From IMG/VR virus record IMGVR_UViG_3300050501_000425: a stretch of 53,102 nucleotides of DNA. One strand, given 5' to 3'. Source of the DNA: a virus. Below the pieces are notes generated by a model. It was not told the origin of the DNA, did no database searches, and saw only the letters and a list, made by a program, of their open reading frames with translations. Made by a program: the position numbers and the translations under genes. Within the stretch, counting starts at the first letter, position 1. Every line of letters starts with the position of its first letter. Shown here in pieces: positions 1 through 7,983 of the stretch.

Positions 1-127
1 GGACAAGGACGCGATGGTAGGATAAGGAACAGATGTAACATTAGTTGATCATGATCGTGGGATCATGGGATGAATGGATCACGAGTCGTCCGAAGGACGA
101 TGATCTTGAGGAGGGAGGAGGGGGATG
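1..127. repeat. Left terminal inverted repeat (127 bp)
   Basis: Bases 1-127 are the exact reverse complement of 52976-53102, compared base by base. Identity ends at 128 (g versus t). The repeat looks lower in GC and is GATC-rich. It contains the hairpin TCGTCC-GAA-GGACGA (86-100). The purine-rich RBS GAGGAGGGAGGAGGGGG (108-124) abuts ATG 125-127. Confidence 0.95.
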
Positions 128-442
128 GAGATATACGGGACCGATGGGACCAAGCGCTCCGGCAGTCCGGGCGAGCTGGCCCAGGTGGACCAGATCACGG
201 CGAAGTTCACGTCTCTGCGCAACCAGTTGCTTGCCATCCAGTGCGCCACGATGGCCGCGATGGTACAGAACAGCCCGGCCGCCGTGGCTGTCGAGGAGCA
301 GATGAGCGAGCTGCACGGGAAGCTGTACCGGGTGCTCGATGACTGGCTGCGCGATGTCCGGACGGTCGATGAGCCGGTCAGCTTCATCATGTTTTTGATC
401 AAGGACTTGGCTGATGCTTCGGCCGGGGGGTGGCGCCCATGA
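125..442 (+). CDS. Hypothetical protein (105 aa), first inward gene of the left end
   Basis: ORF track. The ATG is the last 3 nt of the TIR and is preceded by the TIR-encoded RBS. Amino-acid composition looks coding. Confidence 0.7.
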   Translation: MEIYGTDGTKRSGSPGELAQVDQITAKFTSLRNQLLAIQCATMAAMVQNSPAAVAVEEQMSELHGKLYRVLDDWLRDVRTVDEPVSFIMFLIKDLADASAGGWRP

Positions 443-633
443 TCCGAGTCGAGATCCGCATTACCGTCGAGGACGACACCTTCGAGGTGACCGCTGGGCG
501 TGTCCCGTTGGTTCAGCGCAACGCCGATGGGCGCAACGCCCTGGCGGCGGCCAGCTTGGGCCGCTTGTGGACCAAGGCGTGCCGGGATGCTCAGGCGTGG
601 GTTGACGCCAGGCCGGAGAACGGGAATGCCTAG
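439..633 (+). CDS. Hypothetical protein (64 aa)
   Basis: Same frame as ORF 430..633. ATG 439 overlaps the upstream stop (ATGA coupling). Confidence 0.6.
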   Translation: MIRVEIRITVEDDTFEVTAGRVPLVQRNADGRNALAAASLGRLWTKACRDAQAWVDARPENGNA

Positions 634-862
634 ATCAAAGACCACTGGCCGCCGACACGAGATCACCTACGAGTACCTGGTCCAGGGTGGGACCAGGCGC
701 ACTCGTGCCACCTGCGTCTGCGGGAAGCTGGCGACACCGTTCCGATTCACTGCCGCCCAGGCCGAAGAGGACGCCCGGGATCACATGCACAATGTTCCCA
801 GCAAGGGAAAGCCGCCACACAGGGAAGTCAGTAGCCCTTGGGCGGAGTCACTGCAGTATTGA
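626..862 (+). CDS. Hypothetical protein (78 aa)
   Basis: Frame of ORF 500..862. ATG 626 overlaps the upstream TAG (aATGccTAG). Product begins MPRSKTTGRRHEITYEYLV... Confidence 0.6.
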   Translation: MPRSKTTGRRHEITYEYLVQGGTRRTRATCVCGKLATPFRFTAAQAEEDARDHMHNVPSKGKPPHREVSSPWAESLQY

Positions 863-864
863 TC

Positions 865-990
865 ATGAGAGGAAATGGTCAAGTGCCTGACGACAAACCC
901 TCACCCTGGGTCCAGGGCGTGCTCATCGCCATGATCGTGGCCATCGTCTTGGGCATCGTGTTCTGCATCGTGCCCAAGCTCAACCCCTGA
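865..990 (+). CDS. Small membrane protein (41 aa)
   Basis: My translation: MRGNGQVPDDKPSPWVQGVLIAMIVAIVLGIVFCIVPKLNP. It has one hydrophobic helix and starts 2 nt after the upstream stop. Confidence 0.5.
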   Translation: MRGNGQVPDDKPSPWVQGVLIAMIVAIVLGIVFCIVPKLNP

Positions 991-1034
991 GCTAAGATGA
1001 CCCCGCCGTACAGGGGGTGACAAGCCTCCCAGGG

Positions 1035-1211
1035 TCACACCTGGGGGGCTTGGTCTATGGGGACCCAGCGCTTGCCGTCAAAACGCTCAACTCGAAAACG
1101 CTCGGGGTGCTTCAGCTCCCCGTCCAACCATTTGAGCGCGCGGGCGTCGATGTCCCGGCGTTCGTGGGACTGAAAAGCAACCCACGCCCGGAACAGTGGA
1201 TGTTCGGCCAT
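1035..1211 (-). CDS. 58-aa ORF, either independent or the read-through extension of the GGQ protein
   Basis: Same frame as 1218..1409 and open for 60 codons after the TGA. An ATG (1211) lies 6 nt after the stop. Product: MAEHPLFRAWVAFQSHERRDIDARALKWLDGELKHPERFRVERFDGKRWVPIDQAPQV. Confidence 0.35.
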   Translation of the reverse strand: MAEHPLFRAWVAFQSHERRDIDARALKWLDGELKHPERFRVERFDGKRWVPIDQAPQV

Positions 1212-1217
1212 ACGCCT

Positions 1218-1409
1218 TCAAGCCAGGCGCTTGTTCTGCAACTGGCTTCTCTCATCGCGCGCTTCGCCCCGCGCTCCGCTGGGGTGATGGATGATGCGGA
1301 CCCCGGTGTCGCGCTTGTTCTGGTTCTGCCCACCCTTGCCCCCGGCTCTGAAGGTTTGCACCTCGCAGTCCTTCAGGGTCACCGAGAAGACCAGTTCACG
1401 TGTCATCAC
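1218..1409 (-). CDS. GGQ-motif peptidyl-tRNA hydrolase domain protein (class-I release factor / ArfB-like), ends at an in-frame TGA
   Basis: Contains RAGGKGGQNQNKRDTGVRIIHHPSGARGEARDERSQLQNKRLA. This is the GGQ loop followed by the ERSQxxNK helix start typical of RF-1-domain proteins. The ORF ends at TGA 1218-1220. Confidence 0.75.
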   Translation of the reverse strand: MMTRELVFSVTLKDCEVQTFRAGGKGGQNQNKRDTGVRIIHHPSGARGEARDERSQLQNKRLA

Positions 1410-4062
1410 TCGAGGTTACGTCGGGCGGCCCCTCGGTGTCCTCCTCGATCCTGCGGATCCTCCACTTGATGACCTTGGTGTGACCTGTCTCTGCCATCTT
1501 CACCAGCTGGTATCCGTCCAGCACCCGGTCTTTGAGCTTCGAGTACACGATTCCCAACTTGCGGGCATAGCCCTCCTGGAAAGGATCATCCAGGCCGTGG
1601 GGATGCGGAGCGCCGCGCTCCCTGCGCAGGGCATCGGTTACGGCCGCCGAGGTGAACTCTGAGCCAGCGAACTGGGTCTCCAGCCACCACAGGTGGGCCA
1701 CCTGATCCTGGCGCTCAAAATCGCTCTCAGAGCGCCACTGCGGCACATTGACCAAGAAGCCTTCGACCCCGGCCACCCAGAGCACCCCCGCCAGGATCTC
1801 CTGCCACTTCTCGAATGAGCCCATCCGGAACGGCAGTGGCGCCACCGGCTTGCCCAGGGCGAACCAGGCGCGCACCAGGGTCAAGCATGCCCGGACAAGC
1901 TCGCGCCGGTTGTCCATGGCCCATTGCCGCAGGTCAGGGTGCTTGAACTCGGAGGCATCACGTGACTCCGGGCGGGCGCCGGGATACTCCAGCCGCACCC
2001 GGTACACCCGGCGGCTCATGTCTCCCTTGACCTGGACCTGGTTGCCCAGGGACACCCAGGTCCGGTTGTTGGGGAACTCCGCCAGGTCGCTGGCGCCCAG
2101 AACCCGGTCCTGATAGCTGTGGGAAGTCAGCGCGCGGGCGAACGCGGCACCCTCGATCTCATGGGCCTCATCGAAAAGCAGCATCGCCGACCCGGACCGG
2201 AAGGCTGAGGTGATGACCTTGCGTTGCTCCTCCGCCTCCGTGGTGTAGGGCAGCGTCTGGGCCGCCTTGCCCGTGGTGAGGATGGAGATGACATCCGCCA
2301 GCAGGTTCTTGCCCGAGCCTGCCTCCTTGGCGTCGATGACGGCCAGCGGGGATGTCGGGATCAGGTCGCGCACGAACGGGGTGATCAGGGTCGCCAGCGC
2401 GTTGGCCTTGTCCGCCTCGGTGTGCAGCGGGAAGTCACCGAGAAGATCATCAAGCAGGAGCGAGCGCGCCGAGGCCACTTGCTCCCGGGTCGGCGCCGCC
2501 GGGATGTCAATCCCTTGCAGCTGCGGATCAAGCTCGAGGAACGAATGGGTGGGCTCGTCATATCCCGGTGTGGAGCAGATCGTGCCGTCCGGGCGCAGGA
2601 ACGGGATCTGGGAAAGCTTGTCCAGCCTTGAGAACTGCTTCGGGAACGCCATGACCATGCCCAGGATCCGTGACTCGATCAGTGCCTCGACGTAGCGCTC
2701 TTCCCCCTTGACGTTGGTCTTGCGGTTGACCACCTGGCAGGTCTGCGCCGTGATCGCGTCCAGAACATCCTTGGTGGCCGGGCGCATCATCAGGCCTTCG
2801 CGTTCGCAGATCACGTTGCCGTAGTTGAACAAGCGGTCCTTGTCCCAGCGCGACACCAGCTCCTTGGTCAGATTCTGTAGCACGAACCAGCGATCATCAT
2901 TGGCCACCAGCATGTTGCGTGTCACCTCCTGGGGCGGCTGCCCCGACGCCACGGGCCATTGAGGGGGCGCCTGCGCCACGACAGCTGGTATCGGTGCAGC
3001 CGATGCGGTCGGCACAGGGCTGGCTGCCACCATCGGGGTGCGTTGCTGGCCGTATCCCCGTGCGCCCAGTTCCCTTGCGGCTGCTGCGAAATCTCCACGA
3101 TGCTCCAGCAATGTATAGGCGCCGAACTTGTTGTACGGCTTCTCGGTGTCGAATTCGGTACTGGATGACCAGACATAGAGCCGATCATCCAGCCCGGTCC
3201 CGGAGAATCCCGTGCTGGCAGACCATCCCTCGATGCGCTTCTTGCCCGGACGCGTCCAGAAAGTCTCGGTCGCGGTGCGGTGGTGCACCCGCCATCCATG
3301 CGGCTCAAGGATTTCCTCCCAGGACGTCCGGGCAGAGAAGTCGTCACCGGGGCGGGTCAGGTTCATGCCGGTCGGTGGTGTCCGGGGCGCCGGTGGCCGG
3401 ATGAACTCGGGTTCGCTGGGCATTTCGTCCAGGGCTTCATGTATTGCTTCATGAAGGGCACAGCGGTCTGTCCACGTGACCGTGGGGACCTTGCCGATCT
3501 TACCGGCGAAGGTGCTCCAGGTGTCACCACTTGGGTGCACGCTGCCGCCTGAAGGGGCCACGATCACATAGCCGCCTTCGCCCCTGGTCTCGGCCAGCGT
3601 CTTGACCTTGGCGTCAGGATTGTCGGCCAGCTCCTCGGGGGTCGCCGGGCGCCTTGCGATCTTGGTGTTCCCGGGCGGCTCACGGTCCAGGCGGTACAGG
3701 AAGTGGATGCCGCCGGACGGGGTCCATTCGGCATACCCGTCTTCAAGCAGCTGGTCAAGAAGTCCGATGACTCCCCGGGCTTGCGCTTCCCACCTTATGG
3801 CGTCCAGGGCCAGGGAGGTGGTGGCCCGGCCTTCCAGCTCGAGCATCTCCAGGTTGCCCGACACCTTGCCGCAGATGATCCCCACGCCCTGGTGGTGTCC
3901 CTGCCGGTAGAAGCCCTCGATCATCTGCCGGGGGGCGGGGGAGCGCATGAACTGCTTCCACTCGCCCATGGGCCGCTTGGTGCCGTCCTGGGCTGGGGGC
4001 CACACACTACAACCTGCGTCATACCAGGCCAGGGCTGCCTCACACAAAAAATCTTGGGTCAT
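1396..4062 (-). CDS. Bifunctional DNA primase-polymerase (PrimPol-like N-terminus) fused to a D5/P4-type NTPase helicase
   Basis: N-terminus AALAWYDAGCSVWPP...GVGIICG...LELEG...GGIHFLY...GGYVIVAPS is PrimPol-like. Walker A is KEAGSGKN and Walker B is LLFDEAHE. ATG 4062 with GGGAG upstream is preferred over TTG 4083. Confidence 0.85.
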   Translation of the reverse strand: MTQDFLCEAALAWYDAGCSVWPPAQDGTKRPMGEWKQFMRSPAPRQMIEGFYRQGHHQGVGIICGKVSGNLEMLELEGRATTSLALDAIRWEAQARGVIGLLDQLLEDGYAEWTPSGGIHFLYRLDREPPGNTKIARRPATPEELADNPDAKVKTLAETRGEGGYVIVAPSGGSVHPSGDTWSTFAGKIGKVPTVTWTDRCALHEAIHEALDEMPSEPEFIRPPAPRTPPTGMNLTRPGDDFSARTSWEEILEPHGWRVHHRTATETFWTRPGKKRIEGWSASTGFSGTGLDDRLYVWSSSTEFDTEKPYNKFGAYTLLEHRGDFAAAARELGARGYGQQRTPMVAASPVPTASAAPIPAVVAQAPPQWPVASGQPPQEVTRNMLVANDDRWFVLQNLTKELVSRWDKDRLFNYGNVICEREGLMMRPATKDVLDAITAQTCQVVNRKTNVKGEERYVEALIESRILGMVMAFPKQFSRLDKLSQIPFLRPDGTICSTPGYDEPTHSFLELDPQLQGIDIPAAPTREQVASARSLLLDDLLGDFPLHTEADKANALATLITPFVRDLIPTSPLAVIDAKEAGSGKNLLADVISILTTGKAAQTLPYTTEAEEQRKVITSAFRSGSAMLLFDEAHEIEGAAFARALTSHSYQDRVLGASDLAEFPNNRTWVSLGNQVQVKGDMSRRVYRVRLEYPGARPESRDASEFKHPDLRQWAMDNRRELVRACLTLVRAWFALGKPVAPLPFRMGSFEKWQEILAGVLWVAGVEGFLVNVPQWRSESDFERQDQVAHLWWLETQFAGSEFTSAAVTDALRRERGAPHPHGLDDPFQEGYARKLGIVYSKLKDRVLDGYQLVKMAETGHTKVIKWRIRRIEEDTEGPPDVTSSDDT

Positions 4063-4364
4063 GAGGAGGCTCCCGGTTGCCAAGGACTGACTTCATATGA
4101 CATGCTGTCCCTACGATTCTCTGTTTATTGAGGGGCACCCTTGCCGGGGTACCCCTCAAATTTTGGCTGAGGACATCGCAACTCATCGATATGAGACTGC
4201 GACGTGCTGATCAGACTAGCCCATCAGGCGGTGCTGGTGTAAGCGCCACCCGGTCAGATATACTGAAGTCCGATGCGGAATGATCCCCGCCTCCCTGGGA
4301 GTAAGATTCCTCTCTCCTCCCTGAGACCCTGGCAGCTACCCCCGTGGCCGCCAGGGTCTTCTCG

Positions 4365-4511
4365 TTACCTCCCCTTGGACCTGTTATTCCAGGTCAGGAA
4401 CATGAAGATCAGGGCCGCCACGAGAAACAGGACCGCCGGGATCATGGAGTCGAACAGGATCGCGGTGACGTAGGTCAACACCGCGAAGATGATCGTCAGA
4501 ATCAGCCACAT
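4365..4511 (-). CDS. Small 2-TM membrane protein (48 aa)
   Basis: My translation: MWLILTIIFAVLTYVTAILFDSMIPAVLFLVAALIFMFLTWNNRSKGR. It directly follows the SSB-like gene. Confidence 0.55.
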   Translation of the reverse strand: MWLILTIIFAVLTYVTAILFDSMIPAVLFLVAALIFMFLTWNNRSKGR

Positions 4512-4525
4512 ATTTACCTATACCC

Positions 4526-5476
4526 CTAGAACGGCGGGTCCTGGGACTGCGGCTGCCCCTGGGCGTTCATGGCCTGGGCCGCCTGCAGCTTGAGCTGGTC
4601 AAGCGTGCTCAGCACCTGTTGCGGGGGCTGCTGCGGGGCCATCTGAGCAGGGGCAACGTTCTGAGCGGGCGCCTGAGCCCATGGATCAGGCTGGCCCTGG
4701 TAGTACCCCTGGGGTGGTGCTGTTTGGGGCACAGGGACCGGCTGGACGGGGTCCTGCTGGTGCTGCGGCGGTGCCTGCTGGTTCCACTGATCCTGGGGCG
4801 GATACTGCTGGACCGGGGGCCGCTGGTTGTACTGCGGTTGCTGCCCCAGCGGCTGGGACCAGGGGTCACCGGCGGGTTGACCGTATCCGGGACCCGGTGT
4901 CACCGGAGTGGTCCATGCATCAGAGGCTGAGGCATTCTGGGGGGGATTGACACGCGGGATCGGGATCAGGAAGCCGGGGAAGGCCGCCATGAAGCTCTGG
5001 CCCCGGCGCACCTGCTGCGCATCCTGGCTCAGCGAGCGCCACAGGAACGGCGGCTTGCCCATGGTGCCGTTGGCCATCTTGGACGCCTGCCCGTAGTAGA
5101 TCACCCCGATCAAGGTGCCGCCGATCTTGTCCCGCCAGGCCTTGTTCAACATCCCAGGGAACACCAACTGGTTGCGCCACTGCGATCCCGGCGCCACCGG
5201 CGGTAGCATCATGCCGTACTGGTCCGGGGTGGACGGGATCGCGTCCAGGATGGCGATATCGGCCACCACCAGAGTCTTCCAGTCATCCTCGGGATCCTTG
5301 GTGCGGAAATCCTTGATCCGCTCCAAGGGCCGCACGATCATCACCAGCCCTGGCCGGGTACCCCTCGGGGTCACCACCTCGGCGATGCGGTCCCATGGCA
5401 CGAACTCGCTCGGATCGCGCTTCTCCCCGCCGCCCAGACTCTCCGTCGGGGTGTCATCAAACTGCGGAATGCTCAT
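4526..5476 (-). CDS. SSB-like protein: globular N-domain, Q/P-rich linker, C-terminal DPPF tip
   Basis: ATG 5476 is preceded by GAAGGAGAA. A long Gln/Pro/Gly-rich low-complexity tail ends in ...SQDPPF, like the acidic tip of bacterial SSBs. I did not recognise the N-domain as a canonical OB fold. Confidence 0.5.
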   Translation of the reverse strand: MSIPQFDDTPTESLGGGEKRDPSEFVPWDRIAEVVTPRGTRPGLVMIVRPLERIKDFRTKDPEDDWKTLVVADIAILDAIPSTPDQYGMMLPPVAPGSQWRNQLVFPGMLNKAWRDKIGGTLIGVIYYGQASKMANGTMGKPPFLWRSLSQDAQQVRRGQSFMAAFPGFLIPIPRVNPPQNASASDAWTTPVTPGPGYGQPAGDPWSQPLGQQPQYNQRPPVQQYPPQDQWNQQAPPQHQQDPVQPVPVPQTAPPQGYYQGQPDPWAQAPAQNVAPAQMAPQQPPQQVLSTLDQLKLQAAQAMNAQGQPQSQDPPF

Positions 5477-5559
5477 TCCCGTTCTCCTTCTTCCCTGTTC
5501 TGCAAACCGTTGTACAGGAGTGTGTACTGGAGTTCTTTGATCAATTCGTCGAGTCTCAT
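5473..5559 (-). CDS. Small charged protein (28 aa)
   Basis: My translation: MRLDELIKELQYTLLYNGLQNREEGERE. It has an ATGA overlap with the SSB-like start and fills the gap after the exonuclease gene. Confidence 0.35.
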   Translation of the reverse strand: MRLDELIKELQYTLLYNGLQNREEGERE

Positions 5560-5565
5560 CCTCTC

Positions 5566-6411
5566 TCACTTTCCGGGGCATCCTCTGGCCCCTGGCTCCT
5601 TCTGGTCTCTGTTCCACATTGGGCACCAACTGCACAACCGGGTAGGTGAACGTTCAATCTCTTGCCACGCCCCGGATTCCGGCAGTCCTAGCTCCATCAT
5701 CCTAGCCCCGATGGTGTGGATGCGCTTGATGGCGCCCAGGGCATGTTCGCGATCATATTCCGTTGTCCACACCCACATGTCCTTGAGCCAGCCCTGGCGC
5801 CCCAAGGCAACCAAGCCGACTCGCTTGACCGGGCGCCCGGCGTTCTCATGGCCAAGGCCGTAGAGCTGTACCTGGGTGACATACTGCAGCGGCGGCCCGC
5901 TGGTGCGCATCTTCTTCAGGTTGTCCGGCGAAGGGAACTTCCAGTCCAGGACCGTCGATGTTTCGATGTCATACAGGTCGGTGTGCCCGGCCACGATCAG
6001 CGACGGGAACACCTCAAGCTCGGTGAGCCACCGCCTGACCCCGTTGACGCCCTGGAAGTCGTTGACGGCCTGTTCCATCCAGGCATGGATGGCGGTGCCC
6101 ACGGTGGCGGGCCAGGAGTCATTGCCGTGGTGGACGGCGGGCATGTTGGCCATCCGGTAAGCCAGCCGCAGATCACACTCCTGGCCCACCTCCGAGCATC
6201 CCAAGCCCACCTGAAGCGACCGGCGGGCGTTGTTGTTGGCCCAGATGACGATCTCGGTCAGGTCCTCCTTGAGTCCGATGTCGAAGCCACTCATCTCGAA
6301 TCCAGGCATAACGTCAAAATCGGGAAAACAGCCCACATGGTAATCGGCCTGGACCGCCCAATCGCTCTCGATGACCGTTCCGCATTTGCGGCACAGCTTG
6401 GCTCCGGTCAT
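5566..6411 (-). CDS. PD-(D/E)XK exonuclease, Cas4/RecB-like
   Basis: Motifs GTAIHAWMEQ, GHTDLYD, VLDWKF, QVQLY, and terminal Cys cluster CSWCPMW...C. ATG 6411 is ATGA-coupled to the upstream gene. Confidence 0.75.
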   Translation of the reverse strand: MTGAKLCRKCGTVIESDWAVQADYHVGCFPDFDVMPGFEMSGFDIGLKEDLTEIVIWANNNARRSLQVGLGCSEVGQECDLRLAYRMANMPAVHHGNDSWPATVGTAIHAWMEQAVNDFQGVNGVRRWLTELEVFPSLIVAGHTDLYDIETSTVLDWKFPSPDNLKKMRTSGPPLQYVTQVQLYGLGHENAGRPVKRVGLVALGRQGWLKDMWVWTTEYDREHALGAIKRIHTIGARMMELGLPESGAWQEIERSPTRLCSWCPMWNRDQKEPGARGCPGK

Positions 6412-6626
6412 CAATCCCACCCCTGGTCCTTGTACTTCCTGATCTCGCGACGGGTCGCCTCTTGCCAGAACCACCAGATCGAGCCACCGGTGATGCGCCA
6501 CAGCTGGCCGCAGTTGCCTTCGGTGCAGCGCCACAGGGAGCCGACCGTTTTCCCCTCTGGCATACGGGCTCTCTCGCCGATCGGTGGACGGCATTTGTGG
6601 GTTCCGGTGTGCACGATCCAGCCCAT
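6411..6626 (-). CDS. Small Cys-containing protein (71 aa)
   Basis: Frame of ORF 6411..6731, with internal ATG 6626 ATGA-coupled to the upstream stop. Contains HTGTHKC...CTEGNCGQLW. Confidence 0.55.
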   Translation of the reverse strand: MGWIVHTGTHKCRPPIGERARMPEGKTVGSLWRCTEGNCGQLWRITGGSIWWFWQEATRREIRKYKDQGWD

Positions 6627-6934
6627 CAAGACTCCTTGGGCTTGAAGATGTCCTTCAGGATCTCCTCCGCCGTGGTGTTCCTGATCTTGACCTTGATCTG
6701 CCCCAGGACGCTCAGCGCCACGATCAGGCACCCCTGGGCGTCATCGACATCCAGATCGGACACCTTCTCGATCCCGGCGAACCAGGCAACATGGTTGCCC
6801 TCGGCGGTCTTGACGAAATCGGGCATCAGCTGGCCCACCTTGGTCTGGCATCCCTTGAACAGGCTCATCAGGTCGTTGAGTGCCTTCGCGCCCTCAATGG
6901 CGTCCTTGGCCGACATGGTCTCGGTGTCTTCCAT
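6626..6934 (-). CDS. Hypothetical acidic protein (102 aa)
   Basis: ORF 6626..6958. ATG 6934 is preceded by GACGAGGGGA. Confidence 0.6.
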   Translation of the reverse strand: MEDTETMSAKDAIEGAKALNDLMSLFKGCQTKVGQLMPDFVKTAEGNHVAWFAGIEKVSDLDVDDAQGCLIVALSVLGQIKVKIRNTTAEEILKDIFKPKES

Positions 6935-7133
6935 GATCCCCTCGTCTTCATCATTCAAGTTGGTGCCGGAAGCCTATCGCAGGGGTACGACAAAAACTGG
7001 TAGCCTGATTGGCGGTGGCGTGCGGCACGTTCAGGCTGGCTCGCGAGGTAAGACTGGGCGGACCCCGGGGTCCCCGGCACAACCCTGGCCGCTGGGAGTA
7101 TCTGCAAGGATGCGGGGGCTCCACCAGCACAAA

Positions 7134-7166
7134 GAAACCCTGCCCCGTGATGAGAGGCAGGGTTTC
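7134..7166 (-). terminator. Stem-loop terminator
   Basis: GAAACCCTGCC-(11 nt)-GGCAGGGTTTC, followed by TTTGTG on the minus strand. It lies 17 nt downstream of the stop of gene 7183..7521. Confidence 0.6.
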
Positions 7167-7182
7167 TCTTTGCGTAGGGCGG

Positions 7183-7521
7183 TTACTCCACAGGGTACTC
7201 GTCGTCGGGTGCGTGCCCCGGACCGGTCTTGAGCACGATGTCGTGCACGTGGGTGGTAGCCGCGCGTACCTCGGTGTACATGTCGTGGAAGTCATCGGCG
7301 TTGGCGAAGATGTTCTCCGCCGTCACGACGCCCCCGGACTCCACCAGCCAGCCCCCACGGACCACGGTCAGGTTGACCCCGCCGGAGTTGAAGGTCAACT
7401 CGGTCGCGGTCTCCGAGACCACGGTGAAGTCGAAGATGGCTGCCGCCAGGTCGGCGGAGTTGGTGCCGTCGTAGGTGTAGGCGTTGCGGGCTTCGAAGAC
7501 AGGCATGGCCATCGCTGGCAT
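7183..7521 (-). CDS. Hypothetical protein (112 aa)
   Basis: ORF 7183..7563. ATG 7521 is preceded by GGGAGG. Confidence 0.65.
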   Translation of the reverse strand: MPAMAMPVFEARNAYTYDGTNSADLAAAIFDFTVVSETATELTFNSGGVNLTVVRGGWLVESGGVVTAENIFANADDFHDMYTEVRAATTHVHDIVLKTGPGHAPDDEYPVE

Positions 7522-7566
7522 ATTACCTCCCAGGTCTACTACGTCTCCTATACCCACAACCATAGA

Positions 7567-7983
7567 TCAAACCACCGTATGCCTGCACCTGACGAAAGAC
7601 GGCCCGTTCTTGCGATCCTGCACCGGCGGATGGCTGCCCTGGCGGACCATGCAGTACAACGTGGTGCCATAGAACTGTTCGGCATACACCTCCACCACCT
7701 CCCCCTTGCGGGGATAGAGCGTCCTCTCCCAGGGTGACCTGGTTGACCTCTCGGTGGGATACGGCTGTGCGCCGACCATCAGCTGGATGGTCACCTGGTC
7801 TTTGAGGGAGCGTCCCGGCGGAGGCTTGCCGGAGCGCCGCGTCGGCTCGAACTCCACCAGGACGGTGACGCTGCCGTCGTCGGGGTCCAGGGTCTTCTGC
7901 AGGGAGGGGAGAAGGATCCAAGCACCCACCCCGAGGATGGCCACCACGAACAAGGTGGGGACCATTCTGACCGTCTTGTTCAT
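7567..7983 (-). CDS. Membrane-anchored protein, tentatively MmpS-like
   Basis: N-terminal TM VPTLFVVAILGVGAWILL, then a roughly 100-aa beta-type domain ending ...LYCMVRQG. Start is ATGA-coupled. Confidence 0.5.
   Translation of the reverse strand: MNKTVRMVPTLFVVAILGVGAWILLPSLQKTLDPDDGSVTVLVEFEPTRRSGKPPPGRSLKDQVTIQLMVGAQPYPTERSTRSPWERTLYPRKGEVVEVYAEQFYGTTLYCMVRQGSHPPVQDRKNGPSFVRCRHTVV

Noticed and set aside
1112-1333. A prfB-style +1 frameshift at the in-frame TGA of the GGQ gene.
   Set aside because: The +1 frame after the TGA (EGVWPNIHCSGRGLLFSPTNAGTSTPARSNGWTGS) looks non-coding. The zero frame continues the expected helix pattern.
4128-4165. A plus-strand intrinsic-terminator-like hairpin (TTGAGGGG...CCCCTCAA followed by ATTTT).
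   Set aside because: No plus-strand gene ends nearby. On the minus strand the stem is not followed by a U-tract. Its role is uncertain, so I did not annotate it.
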